From assembly GCF_036763125.1 (NCBI RefSeq), contig NZ_JBAIYT010000015.1, positions 1,317-25,316 of the forward strand: a stretch of DNA of 24,000 nucleotides, in the 5' to 3' direction. The position numbers were made by a program, and so were the translations under genes. Below the pieces are notes generated by a model that worked only from the letters and a program-made list of their open reading frames with translations, had not been told where the DNA came from and ran no database searches. The DNA comes from Nitratidesulfovibrio sp. 1201_IL3209. GTDB lineage: Bacteria; Desulfobacterota; Desulfovibrionia; Desulfovibrionales; Desulfovibrionaceae. Positions 15,064-23,352 of this stretch are shown here, one piece after another. Numbering within the stretch: the stretch's first letter is position 1; each line of letters begins with the position of its first letter.

Positions 15064-16191
15064 ATGAACCCCCTGCTGGAACGTTTGCGCGCGCGCCTTT
15101 CGGACACCATTCCCCCCGGAACGGAGACTTCTTGCGCATCGCCAAGCCGCGCCCACGCGGCCAAAGGCTCCCCGTCCGGCATCACCGGAGAGGAGGCGCT
15201 GGCCGTGGCGCGGCTGCCCGCGTCCGACATCCTGGACATCCTGGCCGTGGCGCAGGCCGTGCGTTCGGCCCGCAAGGGACCGCTGGCGACCACCTGCGGC
15301 ATCGTCAACGCAAAGTCGGGCCGCTGCGGCGAGGACTGCGCCTTCTGCGCCCAGTCGTCGCACCACGACACGGGCGCTCCGGTGCATGGGCTGCTCGGCC
15401 CCGACGCACTGCTGCGCCATGCGGAGGAACTGGCCCGCGCGGGCGTGCGCCGTTTCGGCATCGTGACCAGCGGCAACGCCCTTTCGGAGCGTGAATTCGA
15501 CGCGGTCTGCCATGCGGCGCGCCTGTTGCGCGAACGGGTGGACATCGGCCTATGCGCCTCCCTGGGGCAGCTCGCCACGGGGTCCGCCGCATCGAAAGGA
15601 CCGGACGGACGGGGAGAACGAGCGCGCCGCCTGAAGGACGCAGGCATTTCCAGCTACCACCACAATCTGGAAACGGCCAGAAGTTTTTTCCCGCAGGTAT
15701 GTACCACGCACTCCTACGACGACGATGTCGCCACCGTGCGCGAGGCCGCCCGGGCGGGGTTGCGCACCTGTTGCGGCGGCATCCTGGGCCTTGGCGAAAC
15801 GTGGGAACACCGCGTGGAACTGGCTCTGACCCTGCGTGAACTGAACGTGGATTCCATACCGCTGAACTTTCTGCATCCCATTCCGGGCACACGGCTGGGC
15901 CACCGCAGTCCGTTGCCGCCCATGGAGGCGTTGCGGGCCATCGCCATATTCCGCCTGCTGCACCCGGAGCGTGACGTCCTGGTGTGCGGCGGGCGGGAAA
16001 CCACCCTGGGCCCGTGGCAGTCGTGGGTGTTCGCGGCCGGGGCCAACGGCCTGATGGTGGGCAACTACCTGACCACGGCGGGCCGCGCCCTTTGCGACGA
16101 CATGGAGATGCTGGCCGCGCTGGGCGTGGGCGGCGTTGCCGCGCCCGGCGGGACGGCCGCCGGGCCTGACGGCGGGGAGGCGCGGGCATGA
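15064..16191 (+). CDS. bioB: Biotin synthase (radical SAM)
   Basis: ATG at 15064 has AGGAG about 12 nt upstream. Motifs are the radical-SAM CGEDCAFCAQSS, YHHNLET and GGILGLGE. Its stop overlaps the bioA start (ATGA). Confidence 0.93.
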   Translation: MNPLLERLRARLSDTIPPGTETSCASPSRAHAAKGSPSGITGEEALAVARLPASDILDILAVAQAVRSARKGPLATTCGIVNAKSGRCGEDCAFCAQSSHHDTGAPVHGLLGPDALLRHAEELARAGVRRFGIVTSGNALSEREFDAVCHAARLLRERVDIGLCASLGQLATGSAASKGPDGRGERARRLKDAGISSYHHNLETARSFFPQVCTTHSYDDDVATVREAARAGLRTCCGGILGLGETWEHRVELALTLRELNVDSIPLNFLHPIPGTRLGHRSPLPPMEALRAIAIFRLLHPERDVLVCGGRETTLGPWQSWVFAAGANGLMVGNYLTTAGRALCDDMEMLAALGVGGVAAPGGTAAGPDGGEARA

Positions 16192-17681
16192 GCGGACAGG
16201 GTACGGAAAACGGCATGTCCGAGGGGGCCATCGTCCCCTCCACCGACGCCACCCGGCGGCTGCGCGCGCTGGACAAGGCCCACGTGTGGCATCCCTTCAC
16301 CCAGATGCGCGACTGGCTGGCCGCCGACCCGCTGATCATCGCCGCCGCCGAGGGCAACCGGCTCATCGACACCGACGGCGTGTCCTACCTGGACGGCGTG
16401 TCCTCGCTGTGGACCAACGTACACGGGCACCGCCACCCCAGGCTGGACGCGGCCGTGCGGGCGCAACTGGACAAGGTGGCCCACACCACCCTGCTGGGCC
16501 TGGGCAGCGAGCCGTCCATCGAACTGGCGGCGCGGCTGGCCGCCATCGCTCCGCAGGGACTGACGCGGGTGTTCTATTCCGACAGCGGGTCCACGTCCGT
16601 GGAAGTGGCGCTGAAGATTGCCTTCCAGTTCCACCGCCAGGCCCCGGCGCACCTGGGCGGCGACGCCCGGCGCACCCGCTTTCTCAGCCTGAGCAACGCC
16701 TATCACGGCGACACCGTGGGGGCCGTGGCCCTGGGCGGCATGGACCTGTTCCACGCCATCTACGCGCCGCTGCTGTTTGACACGCTGAAGGCGGAAAGCC
16801 CCCACTGCTACCGCTGCCCGTTCGGGCGGCAGGCCGGGGACTGCGGCCGGGAATGCATCGCCCACGTGGAAGACCTGTTCGCCCGCCACGGGCACGAGAT
16901 GTGCGCCGCCGTGGTGGAACCGCTGGTGCAGGGCGCGGCGGGCATGCTGTTGCAGCCGCCGGGCTGGCTGCGCCGGGTGCGCGAACTGTGCGACGCGCAC
17001 GGCGTGTTCCTGGTGGCCGACGAGGTGGCCGTGGGCTTCGGCAAGACCGGCACCCTGTTCGCCTGCGAGCAGGAAGGGGTGACGCCCGACTTCCTGTGCC
17101 TGGCCAAGGGCATCTCCGGCGGCTACCTGCCGCTGGCCGCCACCCTGACCGCCGAGCGGGTGCACGACGGCTTCCTGGCCCGCCACGAGGAGTTGCGCAC
17201 CTTCTTCCACGGCCACACCTACACCGGCAACCCGCTGGCCTGCGCGGCGGCCATCGCCTCGCTGGACGTGTTCGAGGAAGAACGGGTCATGGAACGGCTG
17301 CAACCGAAAATCGCCCGGCTGGCCGCGCGGCTGGAAACGCTGCGCGATCTGCCCCACGTGGGGGACATCCGGCAGCGCGGGGTGATGACCGGCATCGAGT
17401 TGGTGCGCGACCGGGAGACCAGGGAGTCCTACGACATGGCCCTGCGCGTGGGCCACCGGGTGACCCTGGAGGCGCGGCGGCGCGGGGTGATCGTCCGCCC
17501 GCTGGGCGACGTGATGGTGCTCATGCCGCCGCTGTCCATCACCGACGAGGAGATCGACCTGCTGGTGGACGCCACGGGCGAGGCCATCCGCGCCGTGACC
17601 GAGCGCGGGGCCACCGGTGGATTGGACGGGCTGGCCGGGCTGGACAGGCTTCCGGGCGCCAGCGGCCCGGCGGGAGCATGA
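16188..17681 (+). CDS. bioA: Adenosylmethionine-8-amino-7-oxononanoate aminotransferase
   Basis: It is a class III aminotransferase: HVWHPFTQM, YSDSGSTSVEVALK, DEVAVGFGKTG and FFHGHTYTGNPLACAAA. It carries a short Gly/Ala-rich C-terminal extension. Confidence 0.92.
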   Translation: MSGQGTENGMSEGAIVPSTDATRRLRALDKAHVWHPFTQMRDWLAADPLIIAAAEGNRLIDTDGVSYLDGVSSLWTNVHGHRHPRLDAAVRAQLDKVAHTTLLGLGSEPSIELAARLAAIAPQGLTRVFYSDSGSTSVEVALKIAFQFHRQAPAHLGGDARRTRFLSLSNAYHGDTVGAVALGGMDLFHAIYAPLLFDTLKAESPHCYRCPFGRQAGDCGRECIAHVEDLFARHGHEMCAAVVEPLVQGAAGMLLQPPGWLRRVRELCDAHGVFLVADEVAVGFGKTGTLFACEQEGVTPDFLCLAKGISGGYLPLAATLTAERVHDGFLARHEELRTFFHGHTYTGNPLACAAAIASLDVFEEERVMERLQPKIARLAARLETLRDLPHVGDIRQRGVMTGIELVRDRETRESYDMALRVGHRVTLEARRRGVIVRPLGDVMVLMPPLSITDEEIDLLVDATGEAIRAVTERGATGGLDGLAGLDRLPGASGPAGA

Positions 17682-18076
17682 CAGGCATGCCCGGCAGCAG
17701 GGATACGGCAGCACCGGCTTCCGCCTGCGCGCGCCGCGCCGTGCGTTGCGGCGTGTTCCGGTTCGACCCGGCCCACCCGCTGTTCGCGGACCATTTCCCC
17801 GGCGCGCCGGTGGTGCCGGGGTCGTGCATCGTGCTGGCCTTCGCGGACGAGGCGGCGCGCTGGGCGGACGGCCCCGCCGGGCCGCCGCGCCCGATACGTG
17901 AAGCGCGCGGGTTCCGCTTCCGGCGCTTCGTCACGCCGGGGGACTACGCCTTCCGCATGGAACGCACCGATGACGGCCTGCGCTGTTCGCTGCATGCGCT
18001 GGCCCCGGCGGTCGGCGAAGAGGGATGCGTCGCCGCACCCCCCGCCCCGCTGGTGACCGGGGTGCTGGCATGGTAG
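17678..18076 (+). CDS. FabZ/FabA-like hotdog-fold protein (His motif present; Leu at the catalytic Glu position)
   Basis: The ATG at 17678 overlaps the bioA stop (ATGA). The 132-aa product contains PLFADHFPGAPVVPGSCIVLAFAD, which hand-aligns with E. coli FabZ [24 protein letters not shown]. It also has FRFRRFVTPGD versus FabZ ARFKRPVVPGD. Confidence 0.7.
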   Translation: MTGMPGSRDTAAPASACARRAVRCGVFRFDPAHPLFADHFPGAPVVPGSCIVLAFADEAARWADGPAGPPRPIREARGFRFRRFVTPGDYAFRMERTDDGLRCSLHALAPAVGEEGCVAAPPAPLVTGVLAW

Positions 18077-18915
18077 CCCGCGCCGCCCTGACGGATTCCG
18101 CCCTGACGCATTCTGCCCTGCGCGGCCCGGCGCTCATCGCCGGTGGCTCGTGCGAACTGGGGCTGGCCCTCGGCGCAGCGCTGGCCGCCGGCGGCGTGGC
18201 CGTGGCCCTGACCGCGCGCGATGAGGCGGGCGCGGCGCGCATCCGCGCCGCGCTGCCGGACGCCGTGGTGCTGCGCCTGCACGCGCGCGGGCCGGAACAG
18301 GGCAGCGCGCCCGAAGATTTCACGCCCTCGACGGCGGCCGCAAGCCATGCCGAAGACGATGCCCCGGAAACCCTGCCCGAACGTGCCCGCACCTCGCTGG
18401 GGTCCGCGCCCCGGCTGTTCGTGGACCTGCTGCATTCGCGGTTCGAAGCGCTGCTGGCCGGGGCGGACCCTGCCGACATCGACCTGTGGGCCGCGCGCGA
18501 CATCGCCTTCCGCGCCCGGCTGCTGCGCGCCGTAAGCCGGTCCATGCTGGCCGGGCGCGACGGGCGGTGCGTGTTCGTCTCGTCCTCCGCCGCCGAACGG
18601 GCCGCGCCGGGGCAGGGCTACTACGCCGCCGCCAAGCTGGCCGGAGAAGCCCTGTACCGCGCCGTGGGCGTGGAACTGGCCCCGCGCGGGGTCACCGCCT
18701 GCTCGCTGCGGCTGGGCTGGCTGGAGGCGGGCCGGGGCGCGCCGTTCCTGCAATCGCGCGCCGCCAACGCCCCCCTGCCGTCCACCCGGCGCGTCGTAAC
18801 CGTTGCCGAGGCCGTGCAGACCCTGCGCTTTCTGCTGTCCGCCCCGGCTGCGGCCATCAACGCCACCACCCTGACCTGCGACGGCGGCTTCGGCGCGCTG
18901 AAACCGGCCTGCTGA
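18070..18915 (+). CDS. Short-chain dehydrogenase/reductase, FabG-like 3-oxoacyl-ACP reductase homolog
   Basis: The ATG at 18070 overlaps the preceding stop by 7 nt. It has a Rossmann motif variant LIAGGSCELGLALG, a catalytic Ser region VFVSSSAAE and YxxxK as YYAAAKLAGEAL. There is a low-complexity insertion of about 50 aa (EQGSAPEDFTPSTAAASHAEDDAPETLPE...). Confidence 0.8.
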   Translation: MVARAALTDSALTHSALRGPALIAGGSCELGLALGAALAAGGVAVALTARDEAGAARIRAALPDAVVLRLHARGPEQGSAPEDFTPSTAAASHAEDDAPETLPERARTSLGSAPRLFVDLLHSRFEALLAGADPADIDLWAARDIAFRARLLRAVSRSMLAGRDGRCVFVSSSAAERAAPGQGYYAAAKLAGEALYRAVGVELAPRGVTACSLRLGWLEAGRGAPFLQSRAANAPLPSTRRVVTVAEAVQTLRFLLSAPAAAINATTLTCDGGFGALKPAC

Positions 18916-18979
18916 TCCCGCACCGGCGCGGAAGTACCTTCGCCGGAATATTCCCATCACCCCCACGGACAGGAACGCC

Positions 18980-19396
18980 ATGCCCTCACATACCCCCCAG
19001 GAACTGCACGACATCGCGGTCGCGGTAGCCGCGCTGGTGGCCCCCATCTTCGACGTGGACGCCGCCAGCCTGTCGCCCGCCACGCGGCTGATGGCCGACC
19101 TGCCCTGCGAATCCATCGACCTGCTGGAAATAGGCGCCGGGCTGAACCGCCACTTTGGTATCCCGGTGCGCGACGCCGCCGCCTTCCTCACCGACCTGCG
19201 CATCCACGTGCTGGAGGCGGAACGCCATGGCGAATCCCCGGAAGCCCGGCTGGCGCGGGAGTACCCGCACCTGCCCGCCGCGCGCGTGGCGGAAATCCTG
19301 GCCGACGTGCGCGTGCCGGGCGCGCCGCCGGTGCTGACCATCGGCGACGTGGCCGCCTATGTGGCGTGGGCGCTGGCACGGCACACGGGCCGATAG
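18980..19396 (+). CDS. Acyl carrier protein-like protein, elongated (138 aa)
   Basis: ATG at 18980. The helix II region LMADLPCESIDLLEIGAGLNRHFGI matches the ACP DSLD-type phosphopantetheine attachment context, with Ser in ESID. A C-terminal extension of about 60 aa has no obvious family. Confidence 0.7.
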   Translation: MPSHTPQELHDIAVAVAALVAPIFDVDAASLSPATRLMADLPCESIDLLEIGAGLNRHFGIPVRDAAAFLTDLRIHVLEAERHGESPEARLAREYPHLPAARVAEILADVRVPGAPPVLTIGDVAAYVAWALARHTGR

Positions 19397-19431
19397 GCCT
19401 GACCGTCCCCGCAGCAGTGGCCGCCAAACAC

Positions 19432-20772
19432 ATGCAGCCCCGTTTCCGCCCTCCCCATTCCCCCCGCCGCGTGGCCGTCACCGGCGTGAGCGCGGTGACG
19501 CCCCTGGGGCATACCCCGCAGGACGTGGCCCGCGCCATCCGCGACGGGCACAGCCCGTTCCGCCATGCCGTGGCCCTGCCCGGCGCGGCCTGCGCGCCCG
19601 CGCGGAACTTCGACGAGGCGGCGGCCACCGGACGCTGGCGGCACCGCCGCTACCTTTCGCGCGGCGGGCTGCTGGCGCTGGCCTCGGCCCTGGCCGCCAC
19701 CCGGCAGGCCGGATACGCCTGCGGCGACGGAACCGACGGTGCGGTGGGCGACGGCGGCACCCCGCCCCCGCTCCCCTTTCCGGACGGCACCGCGCTGGTG
19801 GCCGCCAGCGGCCCCAACATGGACGTGGGGGCCGACTTTCCGGCGGCCTGCGGACGAATCAGGCCGCCGCACGACACCCCGCCGGGGCTTGAGCACCCCG
19901 ATCTGGACGCGCTGTGGATGCTGCGCTGGCTGCCCAACACCGTCGCCTCGGCCGTGGCCATGCGCTGCGGAATCCGGGGCGAAGGACTGGTGCTGGGCAC
20001 GGCCTGCGCCGCCTCGTTGCAGGCCGTGGGCGAGGCCGCCCGGCGGGTGCGCTGGGGCCTTGCCCCGGCGGCGCTGGCCGTGGGCGGCGATTCGCGCCTG
20101 TCGGAAGGGGGCCTTCTGGGCTACGCCCGCGCCGGGGCCATCCAGCGCGACCTGGACCTCGCCGATGCAACGGCCCCCCACATGGCCTGCCGCCCCTTCG
20201 ACAGGGCGCGGCGCGGCTTCGTGCCCGGCGAAGGAGGCGCGGCCTTCGTGCTGGAACCGCTGGACGCGGCGCTGGCGCGCGGGGCCACGCCGCTGGCCGA
20301 AATCCTGGGCATGGGGGCCACGCTGGACGGACACGCCCTGACCGCGCCGGAGCCCGACGCCCGCCGGGCCGAGGCCGCCGTGCGCGGCGCGCTGGCCGAG
20401 GCGGGGCTTGCCCCCGGCGACGTGCACTGGGTAGCGGCCCACGGCACCGGCACCGCCCTCAACGACGCGGCGGAAATCCGCCTGCTGGAACGGGTGTTCG
20501 CCAATGCGGGCCACGCGCCCGCCGTCACCGCCGTGAAGTCGTGGACCGGGCACTGCGCCTCGGCCTGCGGCGCGGTGGAACTGGCCGTGCTGCTGGCCTG
20601 CGCGGCGGACGGCTTTCTGCCGCCGGTGCGCAACCTGTCCGCGCCGGAAAGCGGGCGGCTGGACTTCGTGCGCGAAATGCGCCCCCTGCCCGGTACCGGG
20701 GGTGGTTCCGTCGGGCTGCTGCTCAACTTCGGCTTCGGCGGGCAGAACGCGGCGCTGGTGGTGCGACTGTGA
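19432..20772 (+). CDS. Beta-ketoacyl-ACP synthase, KAS I/II type (FabF/FabB-like, Cys-His-His)
   Basis: ATG at 19432 (RRVAVTGVSAVTPLGHT...); the start is uncertain and the ORF extends to 19366. The active-site contexts are GTACAASLQAV (Cys), VAAHGTGTALND (His) and VKSWTGHCASACG (Lys/His). It ends LLNFGFGGQNAALVV. An insertion of about 60 aa follows residue 90. Confidence 0.85.
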   Translation: MQPRFRPPHSPRRVAVTGVSAVTPLGHTPQDVARAIRDGHSPFRHAVALPGAACAPARNFDEAAATGRWRHRRYLSRGGLLALASALAATRQAGYACGDGTDGAVGDGGTPPPLPFPDGTALVAASGPNMDVGADFPAACGRIRPPHDTPPGLEHPDLDALWMLRWLPNTVASAVAMRCGIRGEGLVLGTACAASLQAVGEAARRVRWGLAPAALAVGGDSRLSEGGLLGYARAGAIQRDLDLADATAPHMACRPFDRARRGFVPGEGGAAFVLEPLDAALARGATPLAEILGMGATLDGHALTAPEPDARRAEAAVRGALAEAGLAPGDVHWVAAHGTGTALNDAAEIRLLERVFANAGHAPAVTAVKSWTGHCASACGAVELAVLLACAADGFLPPVRNLSAPESGRLDFVREMRPLPGTGGGSVGLLLNFGFGGQNAALVVRL

Positions 20773-21248
20773 CCCTTTTCCGCCATGCCCTTCCGGAGGA
20801 GACCCCCGCCCGCTTCCTGCTGCTGGACCGGGTGGACCGCTGCGACGCCGCGGGGGCCACGGGCCGCCGCGCCTTCGCCGGCGCACCCCCATGGCAGGGG
20901 CTGGAAGCCATGGCCCAACTGGCCGCGCTGCACGCCCGCTGGTCCTCCGGCTTTTCCCTCCACGCCTTTCTGCTGACGGTACAGGAATGCAACTGGCCGC
21001 CTGCCGACGTTTTGCACGGCCCCTCCCGCATCCGGGCCGACCTGCTGGCCCAAAGCGAGCGCGCCGCCACCTACGCCACGACCATCACGCCCATTCCGCA
21101 GGTGCCCGGCGCAGACACCCCGCCCGCGCCCCCGAGCATGGCCGCCACCCTGATCATCGGCCGCACGGCCTACGACACCCGCTTCAACGGCGACGTACTC
21201 GCCGCCCGTTATCGAGAGATATTCGCATGGCTGACCACAACCCCCTGA
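20769..21248 (+). CDS. Hotdog-fold FabZ-like protein lacking the His motif (retains LLLDRV and LEAMAQ motifs)
   Basis: A GTG at 20769 overlaps the KAS stop (GTGA) and is in frame with ORF 19914..21248. The 159-aa product starts VTLFRHALPEETPARFLLLDRVDRC... (FabZ LPHRFPFLLVDRV) and contains ...PPWQGLEAMAQLAALH (FabZ [13 protein letters not shown]). The HFPGxPxxPG segment is deleted. This weaker call rests on hand alignment and operon context. Confidence 0.55.
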   Translation: MTLFRHALPEETPARFLLLDRVDRCDAAGATGRRAFAGAPPWQGLEAMAQLAALHARWSSGFSLHAFLLTVQECNWPPADVLHGPSRIRADLLAQSERAATYATTITPIPQVPGADTPPAPPSMAATLIIGRTAYDTRFNGDVLAARYREIFAWLTTTP

Positions 21249-22597
21249 CCGCCGGACCCACGCCCGGCCCCTCCCCCGCCGCCGCGCCATCCCCGGCCGC
21301 TCCCGGCCTGCTGGCCGCGCGCCTGACCCTGCGGATGGAGGAATTGCACGCCGCCGGTCTTGGCCGCAGCGCCCCACTGCTGGACGGACTGCCCGCCTCC
21401 GCCGCCGTCCCTTCCGGAGACATCGGGAATGCCCCCTCCCCGGCGCTGGTGCACATGGACGGCCGTCCGCTGCTCCATTTCGCGGGCAACGACTACCTTG
21501 GCCTGGCCGCCGACGGGGCGTGGCGGGCCACGGTGGCCGCCTGCTTCGCGCGCCATGCGCCCTCGGGCACGGCCTCGCGCCTGGCCGCCGGGCACACCGC
21601 GCTGGCGGCGGACGCCGAGGCCGCGTGGGCCGAATACTTCGGCTATGCGGAATGCCTGTTCCTGCCCAGCGGCTACCAGGCCAACCTGGCCCTGCTCTGG
21701 GGCCTGCTGGGCCACGGTGACGCGGTATTCCTGGACCGCCGGGTGCACGCCAGCATGGCCCATGCCCTGCCCCCCACCGGGGCGCGGCTGCACACCCACC
21801 GCCACGCGGACATGGACGACCTGTCGCGCCGCCTGGCCGCATGGCGGGCCGCAGGCAACGACGGTCCCCCCGCGCGGGGTACCGGTTGCGCGCCCCAGCC
21901 CGTGGTCCTGGCCGAATCGCTGTACAGCATGGACGGCACCCTGCCGGACATGGCCCGGCTGGGCGCGGTGGCCCGCGAGCACGGGGCCTTCGTCATCGTG
22001 GACGAGGCCCACGCCTTCGGCGCGCTGGGCGCTGGCGGCCGCGGCCGGGCGCACGGCGTGGCCGACGCCGCCGTGGGCACGCTGGGCAAGGCGCTGGGGC
22101 TGTTCGGGGCGTTCCTGCTGCTGCCGCGCGGCACCCGGAATGCGCTGGAAAACCTGGCCTCGCCGCTGATCCACTCCACCGCCCTGCCGGAGGCGCACGC
22201 CGCCTGCTGCCTGGCCCTGCTGGACCTGCTGCCCCGGCTGGACGACCGCCGCCATCACCTCGCCGCGCTGGGTGCGGCCCTGCGCGCCGGATTGCGCGCC
22301 GAAGGCATGCCGGTACGCGAGGGCGCGCACGTGGTCTGCGTGGACGTGGGCGACGAGGCCCGCTGCACCCGCCTTGCCGCGAAGCTGCGCACACCCGCTG
22401 GCGGCGGCCCCGGCGTGCTGGCCCTGGCCGCGCGCCACCCCACCGTGGGGCGCGGCGCGGCCGTGCTGCGCCTGGGCCTTACCGCCCTGCACCGGGTGGA
22501 CGACGTGGCCCGCTGCGTGGACCTGCTGGCCCGCGCCTGGAAGGAAGAGGAAGAGCGGGGCGCTGCCCCGCACCACACGACCGGAGAATCCTCATGA
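21227..22597 (+). CDS. bioF: 8-amino-7-oxononanoate synthase
   Basis: The ATG is placed by the frame of ORF 20702..22597 (MADHNPLTAGPTPG...) and overlaps the preceding gene by 22 nt. Motifs are HFAGNDYLGLAAD, SGYQANLAL, IVDEAHAFGALG and the PLP-lysine context VGTLGKALG. It has a Pro/Ala-rich N-terminal extension. Confidence 0.88.
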   Translation: MADHNPLTAGPTPGPSPAAAPSPAAPGLLAARLTLRMEELHAAGLGRSAPLLDGLPASAAVPSGDIGNAPSPALVHMDGRPLLHFAGNDYLGLAADGAWRATVAACFARHAPSGTASRLAAGHTALAADAEAAWAEYFGYAECLFLPSGYQANLALLWGLLGHGDAVFLDRRVHASMAHALPPTGARLHTHRHADMDDLSRRLAAWRAAGNDGPPARGTGCAPQPVVLAESLYSMDGTLPDMARLGAVAREHGAFVIVDEAHAFGALGAGGRGRAHGVADAAVGTLGKALGLFGAFLLLPRGTRNALENLASPLIHSTALPEAHAACCLALLDLLPRLDDRRHHLAALGAALRAGLRAEGMPVREGAHVVCVDVGDEARCTRLAAKLRTPAGGGPGVLALAARHPTVGRGAAVLRLGLTALHRVDDVARCVDLLARAWKEEEERGAAPHHTTGESS

Positions 22598-23340
22598 ACA
22601 CTACGCACGCAGCCCCCTCCCGCGCCCTGTTCGTGGTGGGCACGGACACGGGCGTGGGCAAGACGGTGGTCTCCATGCTGCTGCTGCGCGAGCTGTTCGC
22701 GCGGGGGGAGCGGCCGTTCTACGCCAAGCCCATGCAGACCGGGTGCAGGGATCCGTACGACACGGACAGCGACGCGGCCTTCGTGTACCAGCACGTTCCG
22801 GAACTGGCCGGGCGCGACCCGGCGGAGGCGGTGGGGTGGTGCTTCGCGGCGCCCAAAGCTCCGCTCCACGCCGCGCGGGACGAACTGCGCGGCGTGGAGA
22901 CGGAAGACCTGGTGCGCAGTCTGGCATGTCTGCGCGGTGAACACGCCTCGCTGGTCCTCGAGGGCGCGGGCGGCCTGATGGTGCCGTTCACGCCGGAAGC
23001 CCTGTGCATCGACTGCATCCGGGCCGCCGACGCCCGTCCCGTGCTGGTGGCGCGGGCGGGGCTGGGCACCGTGAACCACACGCTCCTCTCGGTGGAGGCG
23101 CTGGTCCGGAGAGGGATGGAACCGGCAGGGATCGTTTTCGTTCACACCAAGGAACGTTCCGCATCCCCGGACCTTGTGCGGGACAACATGGAGGCGGTAG
23201 CCATGCTGTCCGGTTTTCCGGTGAGCGGCGTGGTGCCGCCCATCGAAAATCTGCTGCATCCGCCCGACGCCGCCTTCGCGCCGCTGCGGCGCATGCTCGA
23301 CGTGCTGGACGGGACGGACAGGGTGACGACGCCCTGCTGA
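22594..23340 (+). CDS. bioD: ATP-dependent dethiobiotin synthetase
   Basis: The ATG at 22594 overlaps the bioF stop (ATGA). It has the P-loop FVVGTDTGVGKTVVS, LEGAGGLMVP and GLGTVNHTLLS. Confidence 0.9.
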   Translation: MNTTHAAPSRALFVVGTDTGVGKTVVSMLLLRELFARGERPFYAKPMQTGCRDPYDTDSDAAFVYQHVPELAGRDPAEAVGWCFAAPKAPLHAARDELRGVETEDLVRSLACLRGEHASLVLEGAGGLMVPFTPEALCIDCIRAADARPVLVARAGLGTVNHTLLSVEALVRRGMEPAGIVFVHTKERSASPDLVRDNMEAVAMLSGFPVSGVVPPIENLLHPPDAAFAPLRRMLDVLDGTDRVTTPC

Positions 23341-23352
23341 GTCCCGGCGGGA

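Noticed and set aside
15064-20772. Gly/Ala/Pro/Asp-rich insertions occur in otherwise conserved enzymes. Examples are BioB TGSAASKGPDGRG, the SDR insert of about 50 aa, the KAS insert of about 60 aa, the kinase ATPase-domain insert and the BioA/BioF terminal extensions.
   Set aside because: These are probably lineage-typical low-complexity surface loops of a high-GC genome. They were judged only by hand alignment, and there is no evidence of function.
347-23259. The six-frame track contains many long ORFs antisense to, or frame-shifted against, the genes called above. Examples are 347..1576(-), 1975..3210(-), 3250..4605(-), 4439..6334(-), 6331..7959(-), 7655..9598(+), 7824..9398(-), 9436..10977(-), 12260..13417(+), 13690..15033(+), 16065..17714(-), 17944..19341(-), 19357..20892(-), 20121..21842(-), 21209..22576(-) and 22255..23259(-).
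   Set aside because: Their translations are Arg/Gly/Ala/Pro/His-rich low-complexity strings with no recognisable motifs. Each fully overlaps a gene with strong family signatures. Stop-codon scarcity at about 70% GC produces such shadow ORFs routinely.
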